Shown here: positions 1-9,058 of the stretch, piece after piece
Numbering within the stretch: the first letter of the stretch is position 1
Layout: each line of letters starts with the position of its first letter
IMG/VR virus record: IMGVR_UViG_3300005573_000133
Span: 1 to 46,755 of that record
DNA from: a virus
Lineage: Duplodnaviria > Caudoviricetes
Strand: one strand, 5' to 3'
Length of the DNA: 46,755 bases
Program-made: the position numbers and the translations under genes
The notes under the pieces: generated by a model
Databases searched by the model: none
Told to the model about the DNA's origin: nothing
The model's input: the letters and a program-made list of their open reading frames with translations, nothing else

Positions 1-2
1 TA

Positions 3-1850
3 TATGCAATTAGGAAAGGTGGTGGTGGTTGGGGACGTGCTCTAGGATTTGGTGCTCTCGCAGGACTTGCTACTGCATCTACATCTGGTGTACCCTTCAA
101 TTATCTGGATATCTTTGCTAACCCACAACTGTCTACTCTGCTAGGTTTGGGTCTTGTATTGACAGCATCTAAGGTGCAAGCCCGCCTGGGTGATCTCTTC
201 GCAGAGAAGGTTGCGAAAGGACAACTTTTTGCTAGGGCCAAGAATTGGATTTCTAACCTGTTTGGTGTACGCACTGCAGCTAGTGCAGCTAGTGCAATAG
301 AACGAGCTGTTGCAGGTGCACCTCCACCTTCAGAAGTACCAGCAGAGGAAGTGACTGCGAATAAAGCTGCTAGTGTGGTAGCCGCAACAGCAGCGGTAAC
401 AGCAGCAGCAGCAGCAGCTCCAAAGACAGTAGCTTCAAAGTGGGGTGAGTTTATCCCTGGAACGGGTATGTTTTTCACTCCCACGACGCCAGCTGCGGCT
501 ACTGCTGCAGCTGCAGTATCAGCAGCAACGACAACACCAGCAGCGCCAACACCAGCAGTAGTACCAGTAGTACCAACAGCACCAGCAGCACCAGCAACAC
601 CACCAGCAGCAGCACCAGCACCAGCAGCACCAGTACCAGTAGCAGCACCAGCAGCAGTAGATTTCGTACAGTTCCTCCGTGAGAATCGTGCCCCTGGTCT
701 CTTTGGTACTCCTATTACAATCTTAACACTTGCTGGTCATTATATACAGGAGTCATTGGGGTGGGCTTCTAGGAAACTACATTTACCAGCACTAGGAGAA
801 AGATTCAAGAGAGTATTAGGAGCGGTAGGTGGGTACATCAGTAGGCATATAGGACCGCTTCCTGTTGGAATGATGGGTCTCGAAGCGCTGATGTACACGC
901 CTTTTGCGACTCAGTTCGTGAGTCAGTTCACAGGACAGCAGTTTACACCTGGAGCTATTGCTGCTGGGATGGGTGGTTATTTTGGATACAGAGTATTACA
1001 GAATCTTGGACTGCCTGGAGGCACTATCTCTGCGCTGGCCGCTGGCTACATGATGTCATCGTTGGTTGACATGATGGGCGGTGGTAAGTCGACCTGGCCA
1101 ACAGTAGCAGTACCTGCTTTTATCATGTCACTGCCTATACTGGGCAAGATAGCCCAGTTACCCAAGATAGCTCAGTGGTTTGGACAAGGTACATTCGGGA
1201 AGTTTACCATTGGTGCTGGAGCGGCATCAGCTTTTCTCGGAGCTCTGTATAGTCTTTTTGTAGATACCTTGCGTAATGAGCCTCTCCTTCCTTCTCTAGG
1301 TAGAGCAGGTGTAACAGGACTAGGTTCAGGGCTTGGTGGTTGGGGTGGTGCTGCACTTGGTGGTGCGCTTGGAGGTCCTGCTGGTGCTCTCATAGGATTG
1401 GCTATTGGTGCTGTAGGTGGTGGTCTCCTTGGTGATTGGCTTGGGAATTTGTTATTCCCAAGAAGAGGTTACACACCCCTAGCACAAACAATAGCAGAGG
1501 CGTTCAAGACACCTGATTCAACCAAGTTGCCTCAGAGTTTGAGACGCAGTTGGGTAGACATTGCGAGAGATTTGGGTGTACCAGTAGGAGAGGATGTACG
1601 AAAGGAGGAGATTTGGAGGCAGGGATATGATTTCATGAAGCAAACAGCAACACAGATAGCAGAAGCAGTAGAGGTTGCTCCAGTACTAGAAGAGGGAATT
1701 AAGGGTAGGGAGAGGAAGGAAGAGAGTGAGATAGTCCAGCGTGTTACTAGGTTGTGGAAGAAGACACATACACTCCTAAGGAGGAGACAGATTCTGAGTA
1801 TGCTTGATAGGTACCAACTTCAAAATCTTGAGGTTACTTACATGTGGTAG
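3..1850 (+). CDS. Tail tape measure-like protein, C-terminal part (5' truncated by window)
   Basis: Frame is open from position 3 to the stop at 1850. Many Gly/Ala-rich hydrophobic segments (GAALGGALGGPAGALIGLAIGAVGG) typical of tape measures, plus an Ala/Pro/Thr-rich linker. Precedes tail-tip genes, and tail-tube-like genes end the window. Confidence 0.7.
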   Translation, partial: YAIRKGGGGWGRALGFGALAGLATASTSGVPFNYLDIFANPQLSTLLGLGLVLTASKVQARLGDLFAEKVAKGQLFARAKNWISNLFGVRTAASAASAIERAVAGAPPPSEVPAEEVTANKAASVVAATAAVTAAAAAAPKTVASKWGEFIPGTGMFFTPTTPAAATAAAAVSAATTTPAAPTPAVVPVVPTAPAAPATPPAAAPAPAAPVPVAAPAAVDFVQFLRENRAPGLFGTPITILTLAGHYIQESLGWASRKLHLPALGERFKRVLGAVGGYISRHIGPLPVGMMGLEALMYTPFATQFVSQFTGQQFTPGAIAAGMGGYFGYRVLQNLGLPGGTISALAAGYMMSSLVDMMGGGKSTWPTVAVPAFIMSLPILGKIAQLPKIAQWFGQGTFGKFTIGAGAASAFLGALYSLFVDTLRNEPLLPSLGRAGVTGLGSGLGGWGGAALGGALGGPAGALIGLAIGAVGGGLLGDWLGNLLFPRRGYTPLAQTIAEAFKTPDSTKLPQSLRRSWVDIARDLGVPVGEDVRKEEIWRQGYDFMKQTATQIAEAVEVAPVLEEGIKGRERKEESEIVQRVTRLWKKTHTLLRRRQILSMLDRYQLQNLEVTYMW

Positions 1851-3490
1851 TGACTATGACTAACGCACCCAAGATAATATACAGATGTGGTAATATGGAC
1901 TGGATGACCATTAGTTACCCCATAGTGGCCATACAAGCAGTACCTCAGTATTTTGTGGGACAGCTTAACCCTTATCGTGTACAGTATACTTGTACAATCA
2001 GGGGTCTAATGAAGACATCTGAGGTTGAAGATTTGATGAGGCGAGGAGGTGTACCTACCTCGGGTACTATCTATCAGAAGACAAGCAATAAGGAGAGCAA
2101 ACTCCTCAGTGGAGAGGATACTGCGTGGGGTCCGAAGACACACGCATTTACAGTAGAAAGAAGGTATGGTACTGACCTATGTCAGGTACTGTGGCAGGTA
2201 GAGGTTGTACTTACTCATAGGGATTGTTATGGTGGAGCATTGATCTACTTTATATCCTATAGCATTGATCAGCACTTCTATGTAACCAGACAGGTGAGTG
2301 GTGTGTTTGTGAAAGGTTGGGATTGGAATAAGGCATCTACACCAGGACAGCGTCCTGGAGATGCTGATGTTTATCGTCATTACATAACTGATGAGATTTG
2401 TCCAGTACCTGCTGGTTGGCAGAGAATGTCCATCGAGGTGAGGGAACTTGAGGACAAGACAGGGTTCAACTTCACTGTTGTGGATGCGCAACGCTCCTTG
2501 ATTCTGCCAGAAGGTTGTACTGATGGCTCAGCAACTATGAATGTGAGGGCCAATTACACCGAGATGGGCGTACCACAACCTTGGTGGTTAACAGTAGAAG
2601 TACAAGCTACATTCGAAGCACCACCCACCAAACCAGCAGCACCTGTAAGTGCGTGTTATGATTTCATACAATCCTGCATAATGCTTGTAGGTGGTGTTGC
2701 TAGAGGACATACTGTTGTAAGGTTTTTGCAGATAGGTAGAGAATTCTACAGGAACAGAGCTAATATGCAGTTAGCTCTTGCATGTCTGCTCGAGGATAAG
2801 GATGATTTGGAGGACAGAGCAGGGAAACTCACCAGAGAGGCTATGGATGTGGCATGTGAGATGCTGAAGAGGGCATATGCTGACCTAGCATCTAAGCAGA
2901 AGGGGATTCAGTACTCCCTGATGGGTGCTTCCAGTGTAGCAGGTACGTGTGGATCTAACCCACAGCCTACCAAGGCGGGGATTCTCTCACCAGAAAACAC
3001 AACACTCGCGATTGTGAATACTTTGTCAGGGGGTAGGGGTGGTGCTGTCAGTGCACCATATACATGGTCTCAGAGCTTCTCTTACAAACTAGATTCTGGA
3101 AGACAGGTTTACTATGCCAATGGTACTCCTCATGTATTCAGAGTAAGAGAACCTCTCTGGTATATCACTGTGGAAGGCAGTTCCACTGCTGTGAAAGACA
3201 AAGGTTCTTGGCCCCATCCAAAGCCGCCCTTCCATGTAAATTCTGATTGGGCTGCTTTTGAACCTAGTTTGGGCAGAGCTTCATTCAATGAGATGCCTGC
3301 TGGAACATTACTAGATGCGGAGGTTACACCTTACATAAATGAGGATGGAACATATGGTATGACTTGGAGGTATCTGTATGCAGTTAAACCGACTCTATCT
3401 AGTGCTCAGATATCTATAGTTATGCCTCATCAGCTTGATGAGGAGGGTAAGCTCAAGAAGGATGCTAACCTCTGTACAGTGAAACTATGA
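1844..3490 (+). CDS. Putative tail tip/baseplate structural protein
   Basis: 548 aa ORF overlapping the tape-measure stop; beta-rich. Assigned from position only. Confidence 0.5.
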   Translation: MVVTMTNAPKIIYRCGNMDWMTISYPIVAIQAVPQYFVGQLNPYRVQYTCTIRGLMKTSEVEDLMRRGGVPTSGTIYQKTSNKESKLLSGEDTAWGPKTHAFTVERRYGTDLCQVLWQVEVVLTHRDCYGGALIYFISYSIDQHFYVTRQVSGVFVKGWDWNKASTPGQRPGDADVYRHYITDEICPVPAGWQRMSIEVRELEDKTGFNFTVVDAQRSLILPEGCTDGSATMNVRANYTEMGVPQPWWLTVEVQATFEAPPTKPAAPVSACYDFIQSCIMLVGGVARGHTVVRFLQIGREFYRNRANMQLALACLLEDKDDLEDRAGKLTREAMDVACEMLKRAYADLASKQKGIQYSLMGASSVAGTCGSNPQPTKAGILSPENTTLAIVNTLSGGRGGAVSAPYTWSQSFSYKLDSGRQVYYANGTPHVFRVREPLWYITVEGSSTAVKDKGSWPHPKPPFHVNSDWAAFEPSLGRASFNEMPAGTLLDAEVTPYINEDGTYGMTWRYLYAVKPTLSSAQISIVMPHQLDEEGKLKKDANLCTVKL

Positions 3491-5217
3491 TTACAGTAAG
3501 GAAATCTGGAGTACAAGGAAGCGTCGTAGCGGATCCTGGTTGTGTCCTCCGCTTGTGTCATGGTACACTCCCTACTTATAGTCATCTTCTTGTTGTTGTT
3601 TCAGCTGAGGGGAGTGAGAAGTTCGAGAAGGATGATATTGTAGAAGTGGTATTGGCAGATGATGGTGATGGTTCAACTAAGACATTATATGGATTCCGAG
3701 TAGTACAGTGCTCTGTAGTGGAACCACAAGAGAAACTATGTCATCTGGTACTAGCAGACTTCAGAGTAGTACTGGCTAATGTCTGTGCAGGGACGGACTA
3801 TAACATGTACTCACCACTCAGGGTACCTGGTGACTCTGTAGAACAGCCAGATTATTTACTAATTGGAGAGGAGAAAACATACCAGAACATAGCAGAGGAC
3901 ATAATTGACCTCACTGACTTTACTCTGTCAGGAGAGGACAACCTGAACGTGTCGTGGAATCCACGCCAATGGGCAGTGAAAAAGATGGCTGCTAGTGATG
4001 TACTTCAACTGATACTCAATGAAACTTTCTGTTTCATGACCATAGACGCTAGCTCAGAAACTGGTTCGATTGAGATTAGAAAGATAGGAGGTCCTAACAA
4101 ACTCGATCTAAGTAAACTGGGCTATATATTGGACCCTTATAGGAAGGGTGAAGTGGGCACGACTCATTTCAAAGGAGCAACTGGTGCGGTAGCGATAGGA
4201 AGCACTACAGATGACCCAGACGCGCCCCGCATAGAATACACCTATGATGGACCACTGTCTTGTACAACCATCACACGCTACGAGAAACTGCAATCGATGG
4301 GGATAACATGGAACAGAGACTGGCTTGATACACTGAAAGCGAATATCGAAGCTGCCCTAGAGTATTCGTGGTGGGATATAGATACCTATGAGTATACTAT
4401 TGCAGGGCATCATTACTTCTGGGGTTATGACAATGTACAAGAGATTACATGGACTTATGATGGCGAGGGGCTGCCCATAACCATACTGAAAGGCTATAGA
4501 CCAAAACCCAGAGAAGTGTACTATGAACCAGTTAGTACACTGCATTATTATGATGGTGTGGGAGAGAGATCCCCATTCCTAACTGGTACGATAACAAGCC
4601 TAGAACCACTAACAGCAGTACTCACTGGGGTTAGTGGTGCGACCTATCACTGGATCTTGGAAACACATCACTATGGAGGACATAAACTCAAGGTAGATGA
4701 TGTTGTTTACTTCCTACCTACTGGGTTTGAGATAGATGGAAATGTATGGAAAGGTTATGGGATTATATTTGACTATCCTTCTGTAGGTGACCTCATACTA
4801 GGTTATGTTGTGAAGGATGGGGGTAGTGAGGGGGGTTATGATAATAATGCTGGTTGGACTACTTGTTCCTTCACCTATAGCATTTATTTGCAGGAATCAG
4901 GAGGAGACCCAGTTGCGACAGGAGTGACCCCAGACACAGCCCGCATAGCAAACGTGGAATACACTACAATCACAGACAGACAGCCTGCACTTATTTATCA
5001 GGATGAAGAAAGTCATTGGCATATTTACCATGTTAGTGGTGAGGTTCCTGTTACTACTGTGAAGAAGATACCTATGTTAGGTGATAATGGAGTGCTTCGT
5101 CTGACACTGGTGAATAATAGTCCAGTACTCCAAGTGTACTTGGTTGAGGTACCTCTCTTCGAAACTGGTCCTGGTGAATGGACTACTTGGTATGATAGCT
5201 TCCTAACCTGTGAGTAA
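3487..5217 (+). CDS. Putative tail hub/baseplate protein
   Basis: 576 aa acidic ORF, ATGA-coupled to the previous gene, in the tail cluster. Confidence 0.5.
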   Translation: MITVRKSGVQGSVVADPGCVLRLCHGTLPTYSHLLVVVSAEGSEKFEKDDIVEVVLADDGDGSTKTLYGFRVVQCSVVEPQEKLCHLVLADFRVVLANVCAGTDYNMYSPLRVPGDSVEQPDYLLIGEEKTYQNIAEDIIDLTDFTLSGEDNLNVSWNPRQWAVKKMAASDVLQLILNETFCFMTIDASSETGSIEIRKIGGPNKLDLSKLGYILDPYRKGEVGTTHFKGATGAVAIGSTTDDPDAPRIEYTYDGPLSCTTITRYEKLQSMGITWNRDWLDTLKANIEAALEYSWWDIDTYEYTIAGHHYFWGYDNVQEITWTYDGEGLPITILKGYRPKPREVYYEPVSTLHYYDGVGERSPFLTGTITSLEPLTAVLTGVSGATYHWILETHHYGGHKLKVDDVVYFLPTGFEIDGNVWKGYGIIFDYPSVGDLILGYVVKDGGSEGGYDNNAGWTTCSFTYSIYLQESGGDPVATGVTPDTARIANVEYTTITDRQPALIYQDEESHWHIYHVSGEVPVTTVKKIPMLGDNGVLRLTLVNNSPVLQVYLVEVPLFETGPGEWTTWYDSFLTCE

Positions 5218-5220
5218 TAC

Positions 5221-5685
5221 ATGGGCGGCATAGCAATCCGAGATGGTAAGATAGTTTACTATCAGCCGGCAGGTCTGATAGCATATGGACTTTGCTGTGT
5301 TAGAGCGCCCTATCGATTGAGGTTAGTAGGAGATGAAGGTGTAACTCCATGCGAAGAGTGCGATGATTGGTCATATAATCCCTGGAATAATGAATTCACT
5401 CTGTACTATGACAGCCACCCCTGGTATGTGGAGTATGCTAATACAAATGCATCCTCTTACAAGGGCAAGGATATAGAGACTTGTTGGATGCATTTAGTAT
5501 ATACATGTAAGAGTAACACATGGACTCTAACACTGAAATGCATTAAACCTGAGCCGAGTCTTGAGTGTGTTAAAATCTGGGAGGGGACTAAGACAGGAGG
5601 TGATCCTGTTGGAACCTACACAAGAACAGATGGATGTGATGACACAGATACCCTCAGTATTGAGGAGGTTGAAGAAGGGTTGTAA
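5221..5685 (+). CDS. Cys-rich small putative tail-tip protein
   Basis: 154 aa, acidic, rich in Cys/Trp; end of the tail cluster. Confidence 0.45.
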   Translation: MGGIAIRDGKIVYYQPAGLIAYGLCCVRAPYRLRLVGDEGVTPCEECDDWSYNPWNNEFTLYYDSHPWYVEYANTNASSYKGKDIETCWMHLVYTCKSNTWTLTLKCIKPEPSLECVKIWEGTKTGGDPVGTYTRTDGCDDTDTLSIEEVEEGL

Positions 5686-5917
5686 GTGTGCTATGCGGGC
5701 GGGGCAGGCGTTCCTAGGCCTCGCTCGACCGCGGCCTGAGCTAATTAAGCAAAGAATCGAGGTATGTAGGGGATGTGAACATGCTACTAGGAATCCTGAC
5801 CCTAAGTACCTCGCGAATAAGGGGCTTACTACTAGGAGTGTTTGTACTAGGTGTGGTTGTCTCATAGTTCTTAAGACTCGTCACGAACAGGAGGTATGTC
5901 CAGATGGCAAATGGTGA
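5561..5917 (+). CDS. Small Cys-rich metal-binding protein (DUF6171-like); true start probably downstream
   Basis: Pattern R-x3-CxxC...CxxCGC-x4-K...CPxxKW at the C-terminus. Confidence 0.55.
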   Translation: MSVLKSGRGLRQEVILLEPTQEQMDVMTQIPSVLRRLKKGCKCAMRAGQAFLGLARPRPELIKQRIEVCRGCEHATRNPDPKYLANKGLTTRSVCTRCGCLIVLKTRHEQEVCPDGKW

Positions 5918-6104
5918 GATTAAGGAACAGGTGGCTGTTGTAGTTGATCAGGATGGCAGGGTCCAGGCGCAATTTAGGTCACCCTGGGCAGAAAATGAGG
6001 CTAAAGCATTCCTCAAATCCTGTGAAAAGGTGGATTATCTTAAAGGTGCCCAGGTTGTAACTGGGGACCGCGCTAAAAAAGCGCTGGAAAGTGGCAAGAT
6101 TTAA
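5904..6104 (+). CDS. Hypothetical protein
   Basis: 66 aa; AGGAGG upstream; last gene before the non-coding junction. Confidence 0.55.
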   Translation: MANGEIKEQVAVVVDQDGRVQAQFRSPWAENEAKAFLKSCEKVDYLKGAQVVTGDRAKKALESGKI

Positions 6105-6109
6105 CCCCC

Positions 6110-6424
6110 CTAGCCGACCCACCAAAATTATCTAGCCGACCCACCATCTTTTTTTGCATAAAATCGCAGGTTTTGGCCTGTTTTTGAAGCCTACCCCAGT
6201 AAATCTAGGGCCTACCCACCAGTATATCTAGCCGACCCACCAGTATATCTAGCCGACCCACCAAAATTATTTAGCCTTTTCACCAGCTTTTTTGCCAGAA
6301 AATTGCCAGAATTTTGCGCAAAAAGTGCAGATTGGCTGATTAGCTCACTTTTCAATAGGGGTTTCCCACCGAGTCTGGGGCAGTCTCTGAGAATACCCCC
6401 AGTAAACCTAGGGATTACCCACCA
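6110..6424. repeat. Iteron-like direct repeats CTAGCCGACCCACCA
   Basis: Exact copies at 6110, 6132, 6228 and 6249 (21-22 bp spacing within pairs), plus degenerate TACCC(A)CCAGTAAA(T/C)CTAGGG copies near 6191 and 6394. Confidence 0.85.
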
Positions 6425-6552
6425 AAGGCATCTCTAACTCAATGGCATGAGGAAGTTCATTTTGGTGGGAAACCCCTAGATTTTGCGCAAAATCTGCGCG
6501 GCCCCGCATAGATACGCACATAAAGATTAGAGGGACGATAAAAATCCTTCTC

Positions 6553-6603
6553 TATACGCGCGTGTATATCTCCCCACGCGTGTATATGTGTCTTAGGGAG
6601 ATA
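6553..6603 (+). promoter_or_regulatory. H-type pseudoknot element A
   Basis: Stem TATACGCGCGTG (6553-6564) / CACGCGTGTATA (6575-6586); loop TATCTCCC complementary to GGGAGATA (6596-6603). Confidence 0.6.
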
Positions 6604-6652
6604 GAAAGGAGACCGAACGGTCTCCAAGGATCAGGAGGTTCAGTGGTGGCTG

Positions 6653-6847
6653 ATGCCACTGGACCTCCTGAAGAGGGAGGTTCAAGTATTGTGGGAACTC
6701 CTCACCTTGGTGGAGGATGGTGAGGAGTTTCGAAACCTGTTCTTCGTTGCCTCGGACATCCTGAGGCAACGAGAACAATTGGAAAGGAGGTCACATTCTT
6801 CCTCCACAATGCGGCGAAGCACCTCACGCCGCAAGAAAAAGAAATGA
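6653..6847 (+). CDS. Small early hypothetical protein
   Basis: 64 aa ORF with upstream AGGAGG. Confidence 0.45.
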   Translation: MPLDLLKREVQVLWELLTLVEDGEEFRNLFFVASDILRQREQLERRSHSSSTMRRSTSRRKKKK

Positions 6848-6857
6848 TGAGGTGCAA

Positions 6858-6913
6858 ACGTTCATATGCGCGCATGCCTACCCGCGCGTGTGAATGTATG
6901 AACCTGGTAGGCA
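6858..6913 (+). promoter_or_regulatory. H-type pseudoknot element B
   Basis: Stem ACGTTCATATGCGCG (6858-6872) / CGCGCGTGTGAATGT (6883-6897) with 3 G-U pairs; loop TGCCTACC pairs with GGTAGGCA (6906-6913). Confidence 0.65.
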
Positions 6914-6928
6914 CAGCTGAGGTGTAGC

Positions 6929-7129
6929 ATGTTCACAGATGAAGATGGATGCGTGTTGGGGTGGAAGGCGGGGTTAGTCCTCATGAACCTTCTGAGGGAT
7001 CCGTTGAAGCTTGTAAGCCTCGTTAACGAGGCTTACAAAAACATCTCCCCAGAGGAGAAGAAGGCGGCGATGAAACTTCTCTCGAGGACCTTGAGGGTCC
7101 TCCGAAAGGAGGTGGAGAACCAGGCCTGA
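6929..7129 (+). CDS. Small early hypothetical protein
   Basis: 66 aa; GAGGTG SD before the ATG. Confidence 0.6.
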   Translation: MFTDEDGCVLGWKAGLVLMNLLRDPLKLVSLVNEAYKNISPEEKKAAMKLLSRTLRVLRKEVENQA

Positions 7130-7144
7130 TGGCCTGGCTTATGA

Positions 7145-7179
7145 CTTGGGGGGTGGTGAGCATCCCGCCACCCCCCAAG
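7145..7179 (+). terminator. GC-rich hairpin (terminator-like, no U-tract)
   Basis: CTTGGGGGGTGG...CCACCCCCCAAG 12 bp stem after the stop at 7129. Confidence 0.45.
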
Positions 7180-7196
7180 GTACTAAGGGGATGCAA

Positions 7197-7249
7197 ACAT
7201 CTGCGTGTGTGCGCCTACCCGCACACGCAGATGTATGTACTTGGTAGGC
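7197..7249 (+). promoter_or_regulatory. H-type pseudoknot element C
   Basis: Stem ACATCTGCGTGTGTG (7197-7211) / CGCACACGCAGATGT (7220-7234); loop GCCTACC pairs with GGTAGGC (7243-7249). Confidence 0.65.
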
Positions 7250-7265
7250 CTCGGCTCCAGCACAC

Positions 7266-7697
7266 GTGCTGGAGTCAACAGAGAGGTTAGTCATGAGACG
7301 TGCTGTTCGGACTTTCTTCAAGTTTGAAGAAAGCCAGAGTGTGTTTAGTGAGGAGTCAACTATGACACTAGAGGAGTTGGTTAGGGAGGTAGCAAGAGGT
7401 GTGGTAAATCCCAAGTGGATCATCCGTCACACCTCTTTCGATTGTGCTCCGGCCTTGGCCGAGCTGGCCAAGGCTGTTAGTGTTCTCAATGTGCTGACAA
7501 AGATAGTTAGTCATTTGACCAACTATCGTTGGCATGTGAATGAGCTCGTCAATTACATTGAAGAGCTCAGGGAGATGTGGCCAGAAGAGTTGGAGAGGGA
7601 GGTGGAGGGTGTGGGGGAGGGACCCCACACACTTATTAACATGTTGAAGGATGTGGGCGTCCTCTCTATCAGAAAGGAGGAGGAGGAGGTCGGCTGA
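7266..7697 (+). CDS. Early hypothetical protein, paralog of 10112..10447 (start uncertain)
   Basis: LVREVARGVVNPKWI...LAELAK...VLTKIVSHLTNYRW...ELVNYIEEL aligns with LVREIEQGKANPQWV...LAELAK...VLVKVVSYMTNYHW...ELINYIDEL. Confidence 0.7.
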   Translation: MLESTERLVMRRAVRTFFKFEESQSVFSEESTMTLEELVREVARGVVNPKWIIRHTSFDCAPALAELAKAVSVLNVLTKIVSHLTNYRWHVNELVNYIEELREMWPEELEREVEGVGEGPHTLINMLKDVGVLSIRKEEEEVG

Positions 7698-7754
7698 TCA
7701 TGAGTCATGAGTCATGAGTCAGAGTCACAAGTCCTTTAGGAAGGAGGTGTACCT

Positions 7755-7769
7755 ATGACATGGCCGTAG
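7755..7769 (+). other. Minigene MTWP-stop
   Basis: AAGGAGGTG at 7741, then ATG ACA TGG CCG TAG. Confidence 0.45.
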
Positions 7770-7817
7770 GTACTCCAACCAACAACTAAATACACAGCGC
7801 AGCGCCGTGGCCGCCTA

Positions 7818-7865
7818 AGTTGCAGCCCCTTGGAATTCACCAAGGGGCTGCAACTACTTTTTTTT
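7818..7865 (+). terminator. Rho-independent terminator
   Basis: 16 bp stem AGTTGCAGCCCCTTGG/CCAAGGGGCTGCAACT followed by T8. Confidence 0.85.
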
Positions 7866-7871
7866 GTTGAC

Positions 7872-7911
7872 ACGCCTAGTACGAGTGTACTAGGCGTTGA
7901 CTGCTTTTTTT
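7872..7911 (+). terminator. Second tandem terminator-like hairpin
   Basis: ACGCCTAGTAC-GAGT-GTACTAGGCGT followed by T7. Confidence 0.7.
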
Positions 7912-7916
7912 ATCGC

Positions 7917-7974
7917 TGCGTCTATGTGTATGCACCTACCCATATACACAGACGCATAGATGTACGTGGTAGGT
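7917..7974 (+). promoter_or_regulatory. H-type pseudoknot element D
   Basis: Stem TGCGTCTATGTGTATG (7917-7932) / CATATACACAGACGCA (7941-7956); loop ACCTACC pairs with GGTAGGT (7968-7974), immediately before the SD AAAGGAG of 7988. Confidence 0.65.
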
Positions 7975-7987
7975 AAAGGAGCGATTT

Positions 7988-8749
7988 ATGAATCGTGACG
8001 CTTGGATTATGGAAGTCGTGACTGATGGTACTGTGTCTTCAACATACTATGTATACGAGGTCTGTGACCTCGTGAAGGAGGTGACCTCTTACAGGGATCA
8101 CCTCAAGACTTTCGGGGAGGAGCTCCCTCTCCTGTGGAGGAGGATCATAGATCCCATCTGCAATGAGGTATTGCAGGTGGGATACCTCACACCTGTAAGG
8201 TGTGAGGAACTCAATCGCCGCCTCCGGGCGGCGGAGACCGCATTGTCTCAGAGGGACATCTGCGCACCCCCGATAAGGGTGCGTGTCAAGATGTCTCCAT
8301 CTGTAATTCAGTTGGAGATGGTGAAACTCCTTCAGGGAAGGGGCTTCGATGCGGGGTTCCTCGGAGAGGAACGTGAGTCTGTAGGGGAGCTCCGTGTGAA
8401 GATTGTCTCCCTTGCTTTTGAGCTGAGGGAGTTCAGACCAATACCCCCCATAGGAAAAGTGTCGAGGGAGTGGGAGAATAGACTTCTCACCCTCCCTCAC
8501 GCTCCTGAAGGGGAGGAAAAGACTGAGAGGGCTATGAAGATCGCACGACTCAATGTCAATATGACATTGAGTCTCTATGAGGCTCTCAGAGCTCCTTGGA
8601 TGGAGCGTCCTAAGGAGCTCCCGTCGGGAGCCTGGCTTGTTGAGTGCGATGGCATGAGGTTGTCTCATGCTGTCGAATTGTTGTTGAGTTCTCTCCTCTC
8701 TCGGGGAGAGGATGTTCTCCGCAAGTCCCCCACCTACGTTGTGGAGTGA
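7988..8749 (+). CDS. Early hypothetical protein
   Basis: 253 aa with AAAGGAG SD. Confidence 0.7.
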   Translation: MNRDAWIMEVVTDGTVSSTYYVYEVCDLVKEVTSYRDHLKTFGEELPLLWRRIIDPICNEVLQVGYLTPVRCEELNRRLRAAETALSQRDICAPPIRVRVKMSPSVIQLEMVKLLQGRGFDAGFLGEERESVGELRVKIVSLAFELREFRPIPPIGKVSREWENRLLTLPHAPEGEEKTERAMKIARLNVNMTLSLYEALRAPWMERPKELPSGAWLVECDGMRLSHAVELLLSSLLSRGEDVLRKSPTYVVE

Positions 8750-8760
8750 AGGAGCGTTCC

Positions 8761-8967
8761 ATGATTATCAGAAAATGGCACCTAATCGTCGTCCCCACGA
8801 AGTTGTGGGGACAGATTGTTCCCCACCGATACAATGTAATGGTGGGGAACAAGGTGGTATCCCAGGTATTGTACCACAAGGGTGTGGTACGATATCTGGA
8901 CAACGCCCTGACCACGACTCAGAGAGTCGTGATTACAAAGGTGTTGAGGTCTAACTTCTGTTCTTAA
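8761..8967 (+). CDS. Small hypothetical protein
   Basis: AAGGAG SD then ATG 8761 (MIIRKW...); followed by a terminator. Confidence 0.55.
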   Translation: MIIRKWHLIVVPTKLWGQIVPHRYNVMVGNKVVSQVLYHKGVVRYLDNALTTTQRVVITKVLRSNFCS

Positions 8968-8973
8968 CTCTTA

Positions 8974-9028
8974 TGTCATTGCCCCCTCGGTAGCATGTGC
9001 TACCGAGGGGGCGTGACAACTTTTTTTT
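8974..9028 (+). terminator. Rho-independent terminator
   Basis: GCCCCCTCGGTAGCA/TGCTACCGAGGGGGC stem followed by T8. Confidence 0.85.
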
Positions 9029-9058
9029 GTCGACCTGCTTTGCAGGTCAGGAGGTTCT

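Noticed and set aside
6110-6424. Direct repeats as a CRISPR or mini-array
   Set aside because: Repeats are 15 bp with 6-7 bp gaps, and the gaps themselves recur; there are no unique 30-40 bp spacers.
7698-7727. TCATGAG x3 microsatellite
   Set aside because: Short intergenic slippage repeat with no supporting context.
7755-7769. TAG reassignment extending the minigenes
   Set aside because: TAG terminates clear genes (9391, 20407, 28860), long genes are not fragmented, and I saw no suppressor tRNA.
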